Shown here in pieces: positions 30,250 to 40,216 of a DNA stretch of 64,000 bases. The stretch comes from a marine bacterium B5-7 (GTDB lineage Bacteria; Pseudomonadota; Gammaproteobacteria; BQJM01), in assembly GCA_021604705.1 (NCBI GenBank), contig BQJM01000004.1, forward strand, positions 502 through 64,501, read 5' to 3'. Both the position numbers and the translations under genes were made by a program. How positions within the stretch are numbered: the stretch's first letter is position 1; every line of letters starts with the position of its first letter. A model generated the notes under the pieces. It saw only the letters and a program-made list of their open reading frames with translations, had not been told where the DNA came from and made no database searches.

Positions 30250-31680
30250 ATGATGCAAGCGCTAGCCCCCATATTTCCTGAAATCATATTAAGTGTCACG
30301 CTGTGCGTGGCATTGTTGGCAACTGTTTATGGGCAGCGAGTGTGTCGTTGTATGCCGCTTGGTTTAACCATGATTGGTCTTGCGGCAACGTTTGCCATGA
30401 TTTGTTTATTTTACCCTCATCATTTGAAATTTGGTTTTGACCAAATGCTGGTGTTTGATCCTTTGTCCGGTTTATTAAAAGCAGTGATGGTTTTGTTCAC
30501 GGGTTTTGTGTTTGTCTTATCGCGTCGTTATGTGGCTGATCGCGAAATGCCTTCTGGCGAGTTCTACGTGCTAGCGAGTTTATCGTTGCTTGGCATGATG
30601 TTCATGGTCTCATCGAATCATTTCTTGGTTTTATACCTTGGTTTAGAACTACATACCTTGCCGTTAATGGCGATGGTGGCGTTGCGTCGTGATAGTGCGA
30701 ATGCACACGAAGCTGCGATTAAATATTTTGCTTTATCTGCTTTAGCATCAGGGATGTTGCTATATGGTGTGTCTTTATTATATGGCGCGACAGGGCATTT
30801 GGATTTTGTTTCTATTGCGCAGTTCTTGCAGCAGCAAGGCGCGCACAACGGTATGTTATTGTCGATGTCCTTGGTGTTTATTGTTGTGAGCTTGGCGTTC
30901 AAGCTAGGCATGGTGCCATTCCATATGTGGGTGCCGGATGTTTACGACGGCGCACCGACTGCGGTGACTTTATTCATGAGTTCTGTACCCAAAATCGCAG
31001 GTTTAGGTTTAGCAATGCGCGTATTAGGCGCGGCGATGCCGAGTATGGCAGCGCACTGGCAAAGTTTATTTATTATTATGGCGGTGTTGTCGATGTTACT
31101 GGGTAACTTGATTGCGATCGCACAAACCAATATTCGTCGATTGTTGGCGTACTCATCGATTGCCCACATGGGTTATTTAAGTTTAGGTTTGATTGCGGCG
31201 ACACCTGAAGGTTTCCGCGCATCGGTATATTACGGCATTGTTTATGCTCTGATGAGTTTGTCTGCCTTTGGCGTGTTGGTTGTGATGAGCAAGCAGGGCG
31301 TTGAGATTAACAACGTGAGTGATTTAAAAGGCTTGGCGCAACGCAATCGTTGGTTAGCCTTGTTGATGTTATTTATTGTCTTCTCCATGGCGGGTATTCC
31401 ACCGTTCGTGGGCTTCTTCGCGAAGCTAACGGTCTTAATGGCATTGGTCCACGCACACTTTGTGTGGCTTGCCGTCTTCGCACTCGCCTGCGCGATCATC
31501 GGCGCGTATTACTACTTACGCTTGATCCGTGTCATGTATTTTGAAGCCCCAGCAGAAAACACGTTTGATACACCTATCCATTGCAGTGAGCAGGGGGTTC
31601 TCAACATTTCTGCTGTGGCGTTGTTGGTGCTGGGTGTGATGCCTAGCCTGCTGTTGCCTTTTGTGCAGGGTTTATTTTGA
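30250..31680 (+). CDS. nuoN: NADH-quinone oxidoreductase subunit N
   Basis: 476 aa antiporter-like subunit. Last gene of the operon. Confidence 0.94.
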   Translation: MMQALAPIFPEIILSVTLCVALLATVYGQRVCRCMPLGLTMIGLAATFAMICLFYPHHLKFGFDQMLVFDPLSGLLKAVMVLFTGFVFVLSRRYVADREMPSGEFYVLASLSLLGMMFMVSSNHFLVLYLGLELHTLPLMAMVALRRDSANAHEAAIKYFALSALASGMLLYGVSLLYGATGHLDFVSIAQFLQQQGAHNGMLLSMSLVFIVVSLAFKLGMVPFHMWVPDVYDGAPTAVTLFMSSVPKIAGLGLAMRVLGAAMPSMAAHWQSLFIIMAVLSMLLGNLIAIAQTNIRRLLAYSSIAHMGYLSLGLIAATPEGFRASVYYGIVYALMSLSAFGVLVVMSKQGVEINNVSDLKGLAQRNRWLALLMLFIVFSMAGIPPFVGFFAKLTVLMALVHAHFVWLAVFALACAIIGAYYYLRLIRVMYFEAPAENTFDTPIHCSEQGVLNISAVALLVLGVMPSLLLPFVQGLF

Positions 31681-31783
31681 GCGCGCTATTTAATTCTTGC
31701 ACCCCTTATTCACGAGCTAACTGGACAACCTAGGTGTTTTGGTTCACAGTTCGTATCAATTTTTTCGGACAAGGAGGACTCTA

Positions 31784-32533
31784 ATGAAAAATCTCACCGC
31801 TTTTATAGGTGTTGTGCTGACGGCGAGCCTTTTGTTTTCTAGCCAAGCTGAGGCTTATGGCTTATTTTTCAATGCTGGCGCAGGTCTTCAAACCCAAACA
31901 AATAAGGTGGCTCCCAATATTTCCCTCACTTATACTGAAAGTGGTGCTACAACAGCTGCTTCAGCAAAAAGCATGCTAGAGGCGATCCAACCAGCAGCAG
32001 AATTTCAGTTTGGTTACGATGCACTAATCGGCAAACACCTTTACTGGGGTAGTAACCTTTTTTTGAATACCTCAACGGGACAAAAAAGAACATACAGCAC
32101 GCACGCAACGGATACGGAAGGTAGCTCGGTAACTAACTTGGCTGTGAATCTTAAAAATAAGTTTGATCCTCTTGCTGGTGGTATTGATTTTAGGTTGGGT
32201 TATGGTACAGAAAATACCGCGATTTTCAGCATCTTGGGTATGAGCGTTACCGGCATCGATACAAGTGTCGAAGTAAGTTATAACATTACTGGCGATTATC
32301 CTGATAGTGATTATGCCGTTGGCAACTTTAGGAAAATCGTTGCTGGTGTTCGTGCCGGTGTTGGCTTGCAACATATGTTTACAGAAAATTGGGGTGTTTA
32401 CATGCGCTATGTTTATACTCAATACCAAAAATATTCAAAACATATTGAAACTAGCGATCCAGTTTCAACATTTGATAAACATGATGCGCCATATACGCAA
32501 TCCAGTATGGTAAGTGTCGTATATTCTTTTTAG
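31784..32533 (+). CDS. Outer-membrane beta-barrel protein (OmpA/OmpW-like family, uncertain)
   Basis: Start set at MKNLTAFIGVVLTASLLFSSQAEA|YG (signal peptide, AGGAGG RBS). Alternating hydrophobic beta-strand pattern. The C-terminal ...VVYSF aromatic terminus is typical of OMPs. Confidence 0.65.
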   Translation: MKNLTAFIGVVLTASLLFSSQAEAYGLFFNAGAGLQTQTNKVAPNISLTYTESGATTAASAKSMLEAIQPAAEFQFGYDALIGKHLYWGSNLFLNTSTGQKRTYSTHATDTEGSSVTNLAVNLKNKFDPLAGGIDFRLGYGTENTAIFSILGMSVTGIDTSVEVSYNITGDYPDSDYAVGNFRKIVAGVRAGVGLQHMFTENWGVYMRYVYTQYQKYSKHIETSDPVSTFDKHDAPYTQSSMVSVVYSF

Positions 32534-32593
32534 ATAATGCAGTTTTCTCTGGCTGTGTAATATTTGCGCTAGATCTGCGTTTTTATCACGCCC

Positions 32594-32613
32594 CTTAATA
32601 CTTCCTTAAGAAT
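32594..32613 (+). promoter_or_regulatory. PmrA-like tandem box (cTTAATAcT-tc-cTTAAGAaT) upstream of the 32673 gene
   Basis: Two direct repeats with 11-bp periodicity. Resembles the Legionella/Coxiella PmrA regulatory element cTTAATatT-N2-cTTAATatT found upstream of Dot/Icm effector genes. Confidence 0.35.
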
Positions 32614-32672
32614 CGCTTGATATCCTGATCGGAATACTAATTAAAAAGCATCATTTTAGCAGGAGGTATACC

Positions 32673-33434
32673 ATGGGTAGCACAGCAGTAGCACAGAAAT
32701 CAGGTTCATCTAAGAAAGATCTAGAACATACTGTTGGTACAATGCTGACCTCTATTGAGCTGATGCAGCATTTGATGGGGGATGAGCTAACAACAGCGAA
32801 AGATAAACTTATCGAGCAGCTTAAAGAATATACTGCTGATGTGGACATGGCCTTGGGCTCAAAACAAGTAAGTATGCTCATGTTGGCTGTTCAAATACGT
32901 GACCTCGTAAAAGATTCACAAAAGCAAGCATTCAATGATGTCATTGCAGCACTTGTTGATAAAGGTGCAGATCTCACCGCAAGACAGTTTGAAGCCTTGC
33001 ACAGAAAAGAGGTGAAAAATTTTCTCGGATTGGGAGATGAAAATAGGGCGCAGCTAAAGAGTTTGTTGTTTTCCTATGTGAAGCCAACAAAAAATTTCTT
33101 GGGCCTGAAGGTTGAAAAACCCAATGAAGCTATTGTCTTGGAGATACTGAGGGACCTACATTCTTGGGATTGCGGAATCTATAATAAAAAACCGGCGAGT
33201 AACAGAGCGCTTTCGGAAGAGGTAGAACAGGATGAACTACAAGAGACGCTGAATCTTATGCATAAAGGCGCTTCACCAGTAAATATTATTACAAAACTGC
33301 ACCAGGCCATGCAGGGATGTAGTAAACAGGATGCATTTACTCTGCTTGTTCAGGAATGTATGAAGTTAATGGATGACAGCGCACCTGCACCAACCCCGCC
33401 AGTGAAGAGTGTTGATACAAGGTTTATCCTTTGA
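32673..33434 (+). CDS. Hypothetical protein, candidate type IV effector
   Basis: 253 aa, hydrophilic, no recognised domain. Internal KNFLGL repeat. Preceded by the PmrA-like box and an AGGAGG RBS. Confidence 0.7.
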   Translation: MGSTAVAQKSGSSKKDLEHTVGTMLTSIELMQHLMGDELTTAKDKLIEQLKEYTADVDMALGSKQVSMLMLAVQIRDLVKDSQKQAFNDVIAALVDKGADLTARQFEALHRKEVKNFLGLGDENRAQLKSLLFSYVKPTKNFLGLKVEKPNEAIVLEILRDLHSWDCGIYNKKPASNRALSEEVEQDELQETLNLMHKGASPVNIITKLHQAMQGCSKQDAFTLLVQECMKLMDDSAPAPTPPVKSVDTRFIL

Positions 33435-33435
33435 G

Positions 33436-33588
33436 TGTCATCCCGCGCTTGACGCGGGATCTCCATCTATAACCGCAGTACTACCAGGAGATTCCGGCTT
33501 TCGCCGGAATGACGGCGGTGACACCAGGCGGTCCCAGATAAGTGCTCCGCATGTTTCTGGGATGACAAGCTCAAGACCGGGATGACAT
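33436..33588. repeat. Array of palindromic modules (A + spacer + A' + degenerate copies)
   Basis: tgtcatcccgcgcttgacgcgggatctccatctataaccgcagtactaccaggagattccggctttcgccggaatgacggcggtgacacc...gggatgacaagctcaagaccgggatgaca. Confidence 0.85.
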
Positions 33589-33595
33589 CTTTTTT

Positions 33596-34204
33596 TCAAA
33601 CATTCAAATAAACCACATAACCTGCACTAAACAGCATGATCATCGCAGCGATGTGATTAATATGGCGAGCAATAAAGCCTTTGTTTTCCCTGGCGCCAAC
33701 AATACGACCCAACACGGTCATACTAATAAACCATAACCATGATGTGAGAATGCACCCTGTCGTAAATAACATGCGATCATGACGATGATAACTCATGGCT
33801 GCGGTACCAATCACGCCAATTGTATCTAAATAAGCATAGGGATTTAATAAAGAGACTGAACAAGCAAACAGAATTTGTTTTTGCCAGGACATACGTTGCC
33901 GCGGGGCATTATTTTTGTTATCAGCCGGTGTTTTCCAGAGTTGCCATGCGATAAAGAGTAAGAAACAGACGCCAACGATGACCATGGCCATCTTAATCGT
34001 GGGAACTTCCAGTAACACGGCCGAAACACCTAGGACAGCTAAGAGAATCAGTAGGGTATCGCAAATGCCGGCGGTGATCACCGCTGGGGCGGCTTGCCAG
34101 AGGCGTGGCTGAGTCGCACCTTGCGATAAAATAAACGCATTTTGCGGTCCAAGTGGCAAAATTAGACCAAATGCTAACAACATTCCCTGAATGAATGCTT
34201 CCAT
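33596..34204 (-). CDS. LysE/RhtB-family amino-acid exporter
   Basis: 202 aa. MEAFIQGMLLAFGLILPLGPQNAFIL N-terminus typical of the LysE/ArgO family. Six TM segments. Confidence 0.85.
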   Translation of the reverse strand: MEAFIQGMLLAFGLILPLGPQNAFILSQGATQPRLWQAAPAVITAGICDTLLILLAVLGVSAVLLEVPTIKMAMVIVGVCFLLFIAWQLWKTPADNKNNAPRQRMSWQKQILFACSVSLLNPYAYLDTIGVIGTAAMSYHRHDRMLFTTGCILTSWLWFISMTVLGRIVGARENKGFIARHINHIAAMIMLFSAGYVVYLNV

Positions 34205-34280
34205 ACCAGTTTACTCACGATTGCTATATATCTCTATGCTACAATGTTCTTCTTAATAAGCAACCAAGGAATGGGTCGCT

Positions 34281-35927
34281 ATGAAAGCATCCGATCTTTT
34301 TTTGAAATGTCTTGAGGCACAAGGCGTTGATACTATTTATGGTGTGCCTGGCGAAGAAAATGCCGACATCATGATTTCTCTACTCGATTCACCCATTGAT
34401 TTTGTGACTTGTCGTCATGAACAAACGGCCTCTTTCATGGCAGACATGCATGGTCGTTTAACCGGTAAGCCGGCGGTGTGTTTAGCAACCTTGGGTCCCG
34501 GCGCAACTAATTTATTAACCGGTGTTGCGAATGCAAACATGGATTATGTACCACTGGTTGCCGTGATTGGGCAAGCGGACACGCATCGTTTGCACAAAGA
34601 GTCGCATCAAAACATGGATTCTGTTTCCATGTTTGAACCCGTCACTAAATGGTCGGCAACGATTCGTGAAGCCGAAGCGATCCCGGAAATTATTGAAAAA
34701 GCCTTTAAAGTTGCTTGTACAGGAAAACCTGGTGCCGTGTTAATTGAATTGCCGGAAGATATTGCAAAGCATGACACGAAAGTAAAAGCATTGCCGCATG
34801 TCAATGCGGGGATTGAATCTGGTGTTGACCGCGCCCACTTAGATAAAGTGCTGGAGCTCATTGCTAAGGCGAAAAAAGGCATTGTGTTAGTCGGTAACAG
34901 TGCTGCACGCGAACATTGCGACGAAGCGCTTACGCATTTTGTTGATAAGACTGGCTTTTATGGTGCCTGTACGTTTATGGGTAAAGGCACGCTATCTGCA
35001 AATCATCCGCGATCACTCTACACTGTAGGCCTCGGGATGAAAGACATTGCGGTGCAAGCATTTGATGAAGCCGACTTGGTGATTTGTGTGGGTTATGACA
35101 TGGTGGAATGGGGGCCAGACAAATGGAATGGCCGTGATGACAAAACCATTATTCATATTAGTGATTCTGCGGCGGAAGTGGATAAACATTATTTGCCGAC
35201 GGTAGAAATCGTGGGGCATATGCCAACGATCTTGCGACAGTTGTCCGATGTGTTGCCGAGCAAGCCGGCAGCAGATTCAAAAGACTGGAAGAAACTACGC
35301 GATCAGATTACAGAAGAATTACATGCACATGATAAGGATGCGGGATTTCCTGTTAAACCGCAACGTATCTTGAGTGACTTGCGTGAAGCGATGGGCGAGC
35401 ATGATATCTTAATTAGTGATGTAGGTGCGCACAAAATGTGGGTGGCGCGCCATTATCCTGCTTATCATTCCAAGACCTGCTTTATTCATAATGGTTTTTG
35501 TTCCATGGGTGGTGCGATGCCAGGTGGAATAGTCGCTAAGCAACAGCATCCTGAACGTAATGTTGTCGCACTTTGTGGTGACGGTGGTTTCATGATGAGC
35601 ATTCAAGCTTTGGTGACTGCGGTGCAGTATAAAATCCCGATGACAGTTTTAGTTTGGGAAGATAATGAATATGGTTTAATTAAGTGGAAGCAGGAAATGG
35701 CTTATCATCAGCATTCACATATTGATTTAGATAATCCAGATTTGCTGGCCCTCTCAACAGCATTTGGTGCGAATGCGATTGCCGTTGATTCTGCCGAAGG
35801 CTTAAAGCCTGCGTTAGAAGCCGCGTTTGCAGAAAAAACAAAGCCATCCGTGATTATTGTCCCGGTGGATTACAGAGAGAATATGAAGTTGACAGCACAT
35901 TTGGGTGAGATTATTTGCCACTCTTAA
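34281..35927 (+). CDS. TPP-dependent acetolactate-synthase-like enzyme (catabolic AlsS-like)
   Basis: 548 aa. N-terminal Pyr domain (GVPGEEN...RHEQTASFMADMHGRLTGKPAVCLATLGPGATNL), KESHQNMD motif, TPP-binding GDGGFMMS...N. Confidence 0.85.
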   Translation: MKASDLFLKCLEAQGVDTIYGVPGEENADIMISLLDSPIDFVTCRHEQTASFMADMHGRLTGKPAVCLATLGPGATNLLTGVANANMDYVPLVAVIGQADTHRLHKESHQNMDSVSMFEPVTKWSATIREAEAIPEIIEKAFKVACTGKPGAVLIELPEDIAKHDTKVKALPHVNAGIESGVDRAHLDKVLELIAKAKKGIVLVGNSAAREHCDEALTHFVDKTGFYGACTFMGKGTLSANHPRSLYTVGLGMKDIAVQAFDEADLVICVGYDMVEWGPDKWNGRDDKTIIHISDSAAEVDKHYLPTVEIVGHMPTILRQLSDVLPSKPAADSKDWKKLRDQITEELHAHDKDAGFPVKPQRILSDLREAMGEHDILISDVGAHKMWVARHYPAYHSKTCFIHNGFCSMGGAMPGGIVAKQQHPERNVVALCGDGGFMMSIQALVTAVQYKIPMTVLVWEDNEYGLIKWKQEMAYHQHSHIDLDNPDLLALSTAFGANAIAVDSAEGLKPALEAAFAEKTKPSVIIVPVDYRENMKLTAHLGEIICHS

Positions 35928-35939
35928 TTGTGTGCGCGC

Positions 35940-36019
35940 CGTCATCCCGCGCTTGACGCGGGATCTCCTGATGGAGATGCGGTGATAGATGGAGATCCCG
36001 GCTCAAGGCCGGGATGACA
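35940..36019. repeat. Composite palindromic element
   Basis: gtcatcccgcgcttgacgcgggatctcctgatggagatgcggtgatagatggagatcccggctcaaggccgggatgaca. Confidence 0.85.
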
Positions 36020-36038
36020 GGATGTTAAACAAGGAGTA

Positions 36039-37625
36039 ATGCGTATGTGGCGTAAAGTATTTTGGATAGTATCATTGATTATGTTTGCACTCGCAGCCGC
36101 GATGTATGACGCAAACCCGATCGCCACTCATGCCATGTTATATGTGCTAACGCCGTTATTTATCGTTGGCCTCTACGACATGTTTCAAAAAAACAATAAC
36201 GTATTGCGAAATTATCCTGTCGTTGGGCATATGCGTTTTATTTTAATTGGATTGCGCCCTGAAATTCAGCAGTATTTTATTGAAACTAACCAAGACGGTA
36301 TGCCATTCAGTGATGAATTGCGTCATCTCGTTTATGCACGTGCAGAAGGCTATGATGAGACCTTGCCGTTTGGTACGCAACGCGATACCTACCAAGAAGG
36401 TTTTGCTTTTGCCATGCATTCTATGAGTCCGACCAAGCTAGGTGATGAGCATGCGCGTGTGACAGTTGGCGGAGAGGCCTGCACACAACCTTACGATGCA
36501 TCTCGTTTAAATATTTCTGCGATGAGTTTTGGTGCCTTAAGTGCGAACGCTATTCGATCTTTAAATATGGGCGCGAAAATTGGTGGGTTTGCACATAACA
36601 CGGGTGAGGGAGGCTTGTCGCCCTATCATCAAGGACCTGGCGGTGATTTGTTTTGGCAGTTAGGCACGGGTTATTTTGGCTGCCGCACGCCAGAAGGTAA
36701 TTTTGATGAAGCACAATTTAAAGCGAAAGTGGTATTGCCGCAAGTGAGAATGATTGAGATTAAATTGTCGCAAGGTGCGAAGCCAGCGCATGGCGGTTTA
36801 TTGCCGGGCGCTAAAGTCGATAAAGAGATTGCAACGATTCGTGGGATCCCTGAAGGGAAAGATTGTTTGTCGCCACCTACGCACTCAGCTTTTTCAACGC
36901 CACGCGAGTTATTACACTTTGTGCAACACTTACGAGAATTGTCAGGCGGCAAGCCCGTTGGCTTTAAATTATGTTTGGGTTGCCCCACTAATTTTATGGG
37001 AATATGTAAAGCGATGATAGAGACTGGCATTAAGCCTGATTTTATTACCGTTGATGGTGCTGAGGGCGGCACAGGTGCTGCGCCCTTAGAGTTTACTGAT
37101 TTCTTGGGCGTACCATTAAATGAGGCGCTAGCATTTATTCATAACACCTTGGTCGGTTTAAACTTGCGTGAAAACATCCGCATTATTTCTAGCGGAAAAG
37201 TCGTGAGTGGTTTTGATATGTTGAGCAAGATGGCTTTAGGTGCCGATATGTGTAACTCAGCACGTGCGATGATGTTCGCATTAGGTTGCATTCAGTCACG
37301 CCGCTGTAATACGAACATGTGTCCGACAGGGATTGCGACACAAGATCCTTCTCGCTCATATGCGGTGGTACCCGAGAGTAAGGGACAGAAAGTGGCGAAC
37401 TTTCATCAACGCACGGTTGAAAGTTTCTTAGAGGTTTTGGGTGCGACAGGCGTGCATAGCGTTGATGAGCTAACACCTGATCACGTATTTCGCCGGACTA
37501 GCTTGACGGAGATTTTGCCTTTCCGATTGATTTATCAGTTTTTAGAGCCGGGTGATATTTTGGCGGGCAAAGCAACACTGCGGTATAGTATTTACTGGGA
37601 AAAAGCCAGTGCAGATAAATTTTAA
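36039..37625 (+). CDS. Membrane-anchored FMN-binding glutamate-synthase-domain (GltB FMN domain-like) oxidoreductase
   Basis: 528 aa. N-terminal TM helix, then a GltS FMN-domain signature (GAKPAHGGLLPGAKV..., cysteine-rich CNTNMCPTGIATQD 4Fe-4S-like loop). Confidence 0.8.
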   Translation: MRMWRKVFWIVSLIMFALAAAMYDANPIATHAMLYVLTPLFIVGLYDMFQKNNNVLRNYPVVGHMRFILIGLRPEIQQYFIETNQDGMPFSDELRHLVYARAEGYDETLPFGTQRDTYQEGFAFAMHSMSPTKLGDEHARVTVGGEACTQPYDASRLNISAMSFGALSANAIRSLNMGAKIGGFAHNTGEGGLSPYHQGPGGDLFWQLGTGYFGCRTPEGNFDEAQFKAKVVLPQVRMIEIKLSQGAKPAHGGLLPGAKVDKEIATIRGIPEGKDCLSPPTHSAFSTPRELLHFVQHLRELSGGKPVGFKLCLGCPTNFMGICKAMIETGIKPDFITVDGAEGGTGAAPLEFTDFLGVPLNEALAFIHNTLVGLNLRENIRIISSGKVVSGFDMLSKMALGADMCNSARAMMFALGCIQSRRCNTNMCPTGIATQDPSRSYAVVPESKGQKVANFHQRTVESFLEVLGATGVHSVDELTPDHVFRRTSLTEILPFRLIYQFLEPGDILAGKATLRYSIYWEKASADKF

Positions 37626-37639
37626 CGGAGAATAACCAG

Positions 37640-39007
37640 ATGACGATCCAAACGACGAATCCAGCAACAGGGGCATCAATCAAAACGTATCGTGGGATGA
37701 ACGATAAAAACATTGATGATGCGGTTGCTGAAGTGCATGGTGCTTTTTTACAGTGGCGAGAAACAGACTTCGCGACGCGTCGCCATCATATGCAACGTGT
37801 AGTCGATGCACTGGTGAAACAAAAAGAAGATTTTGCGCGTTTAATTACGCAAGAAATGGGAAAACCCATTACGCAGTCACGCGCTGAGATTGATAAATGC
37901 GTCAACCTATGCGAACACTACATGCAGCATGCTGAAACTTATTTGGCATCACGTCACGTTGATACGCAGTACTCGAAAAGTTACGTGACTTACGAGCCGA
38001 TGGGGATTGTCTTTGCGATCATGCCGTGGAACTTTCCTTTCTGGCAAGTCTTTCGTTTTATTGTGCCTACTTTAATGGCCGGGAATGTGGGCATTTTAAG
38101 TCATGCTGAAATTTCTACGGGTACGGGCTTTGCGATTGAAACGATTTTCGAACATGCGGGCTTTCCGCATCATGCTTTTCGTCATGTAGCGATTGAAAAC
38201 GCACAAGCTGCAAAAATCATTGCAGATGAACGTGTGACTGCAGTGACTTTAACGGGTAGCGAGGGTGCAGGACGTGCGGTAGCAGCACAAGCGGGGCAGG
38301 CCTTAAAACCCATCGTACTAGAGTTAGGTGGTTGTGATGCTTATGTGATTTTAGAAGATGCGGATTTAGATCTAGCCGCGGAAGCTTGCGTTAAGTCACG
38401 CTTAAATAATTCGGGGCAGGTGTGTATTGCGGCAAAACGCATGATTGTCGTGGATGCTGTGCGTGAAGAATTCCAGCGCTTAGTCATTGAGAAGGCGCAA
38501 GCCTATGTGCCTGGCGATCCGATGGATGAAGCATGCACCATGGGGCCTATGGCGCGCGCAGATTTGCGTGAGGGCTTGCATAAACAAGTCTTGGCATCAG
38601 TAGAAGCGGGCGCGACCTTAGTGCAAGGTGGTGAAATACCTGAGCATCGCGGCTTTTACTATCCAGTAACAATCTTAAAAGACATTCCACCTGAAGCGCC
38701 AGCCTATTACGACGAATTATTTGGGCCTGTCGTTGCTTTTATCGATGCCAAAGATGAAGAAGAAGCATTGACGATTGCAAACAGTGTGCACCTTGGTTTA
38801 GGCGCCGCTGTCTTTACGCAAGATTTAGAAAAGGGCGAGCATATTGCCAAGCATGTTTTACAAGCGGGCGCAGTATTCGTGAATGCGTATGTGGGATCGG
38901 ATCCGCGTTTACCATTTGGCGGTGTTTATAACTCAGGCTTTGGTCGCGAACTCTCAGAAGAAGGCATTCGTGCTTTTGTAAATACGAAGACGGTTTGTGT
39001 GAAATGA
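37640..39007 (+). CDS. NAD(P)-dependent aldehyde dehydrogenase (succinate-semialdehyde dehydrogenase-like)
   Basis: 455 aa. FPFWQV, ELGG (VLELGGCDA) and catalytic-Cys NNSGQVCIAAKR motifs. Confidence 0.9.
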   Translation: MTIQTTNPATGASIKTYRGMNDKNIDDAVAEVHGAFLQWRETDFATRRHHMQRVVDALVKQKEDFARLITQEMGKPITQSRAEIDKCVNLCEHYMQHAETYLASRHVDTQYSKSYVTYEPMGIVFAIMPWNFPFWQVFRFIVPTLMAGNVGILSHAEISTGTGFAIETIFEHAGFPHHAFRHVAIENAQAAKIIADERVTAVTLTGSEGAGRAVAAQAGQALKPIVLELGGCDAYVILEDADLDLAAEACVKSRLNNSGQVCIAAKRMIVVDAVREEFQRLVIEKAQAYVPGDPMDEACTMGPMARADLREGLHKQVLASVEAGATLVQGGEIPEHRGFYYPVTILKDIPPEAPAYYDELFGPVVAFIDAKDEEEALTIANSVHLGLGAAVFTQDLEKGEHIAKHVLQAGAVFVNAYVGSDPRLPFGGVYNSGFGRELSEEGIRAFVNTKTVCVK

Positions 39008-40173
39008 GTATGAATAACAACCACAAAATACTCATTATAGGTGCTGGCATAGCCGGACCTATGGTTTGCTATTGGCTAAAAAAATATGGTTTCAATCCAA
39101 CCCTAATAGAAAGAAGCGAACAATTAAGAACGGGTGGATACGCCATAGACATTCGCGGTATTGCGACAGATATTGTCAAAAAAATGGGTGTATATGATGA
39201 TATCTATGCAAAACGCACATCGCTATTGTCAGCGCGCTATGTGGATGCTGATGGTCAAACACTATCAGAGGAACACGGTGAAAAAGCTAGTTTCAGAGAC
39301 GGCGATGATGTTGAGATCGTTCGCGGTGAATTAGTTAATATTTTATTACAAGCCATCCCTGACGTACCGTGCCATTTCCATAAAGAAATCATAAGCCTTA
39401 CGCAAAAGGAACAATTTGTCGACGTGACTTTTAGAGATGGCCAAATCGATCGCTATGATCTAGTGATGGCGGCCGATGGTTTGCACTCGTCGACTAGAGG
39501 GATGACCTTTTCAGACGAAGATTTTCAGCTCTTCAATCTAAACGCTTACATCAGCGTTTCTGGTATACCCAATTATTTAAATCTTAATAGAACTCAAGTT
39601 GCATTCGAAAAAAACCAAAAATTCATTGGCATACATAGCGATAAAGATCCTAATAAAGCATTGGTCACTTTTGCGTTTCGAGCAAAGAAAGTGTTAAGTG
39701 GTCTAGCCAATGAGAAAGGGCAAAAAGAATGTCTTAAAGACGTGTTCTATGATCTGGGATGGGAGTCGAATAAGATACTCGATCTTATGAATGACTGTGA
39801 CGACTTCTACTTTGATGCTATTGCCCAGATAAAAATGGACTCATGGACTAAAGGTCGTGTCGCATTGCTGGGCGATGCCGGTTATTGTGCTTCGCCATTG
39901 TCTGGCCAGGGAACTAATTTGGCCATTGTCGGCGCTTATATCTTAGCGAGCGAACTAAAGGCAGCAGAAGGTAATTATCCCGTGGCCTTTAAGCGTTACA
40001 ACGAACTCATGCGTCCCTTTGTTGATCCTAATCAAGACTTGGGGATTTGGGTAGCAGAGAGTTTTCTGACGGATGGTGACGTCTCGAAAGAGATAATAGA
40101 ACAGCGTTCAAGTATGATTATGGAAAAAATTAAAATGGCGGCGAATGCGATTTCACTACCTGATTATGGGTGA
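38995..40173 (+). CDS. FAD-dependent aromatic-ring monooxygenase (salicylate/UbiH-like class A flavoprotein)
   Basis: 392 aa. GxGxxG (ILIIGAGIAGP), DG motif, GDAGYCASPLSGQGTNLAIVGA fingerprint. Confidence 0.85.
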   Translation: MCEMSMNNNHKILIIGAGIAGPMVCYWLKKYGFNPTLIERSEQLRTGGYAIDIRGIATDIVKKMGVYDDIYAKRTSLLSARYVDADGQTLSEEHGEKASFRDGDDVEIVRGELVNILLQAIPDVPCHFHKEIISLTQKEQFVDVTFRDGQIDRYDLVMAADGLHSSTRGMTFSDEDFQLFNLNAYISVSGIPNYLNLNRTQVAFEKNQKFIGIHSDKDPNKALVTFAFRAKKVLSGLANEKGQKECLKDVFYDLGWESNKILDLMNDCDDFYFDAIAQIKMDSWTKGRVALLGDAGYCASPLSGQGTNLAIVGAYILASELKAAEGNYPVAFKRYNELMRPFVDPNQDLGIWVAESFLTDGDVSKEIIEQRSSMIMEKIKMAANAISLPDYG

Positions 40174-40179
40174 GGAAGC

Positions 40180-40208
40180 TGTCATCCCGCATTTGATGCG
40201 GGATCTCC
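40180..40208. repeat. Single module-A palindrome
   Basis: tgtcatcccgcatttgatgcgggatctcc. Confidence 0.8.
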
Positions 40209-40216
40209 ATCTATTT

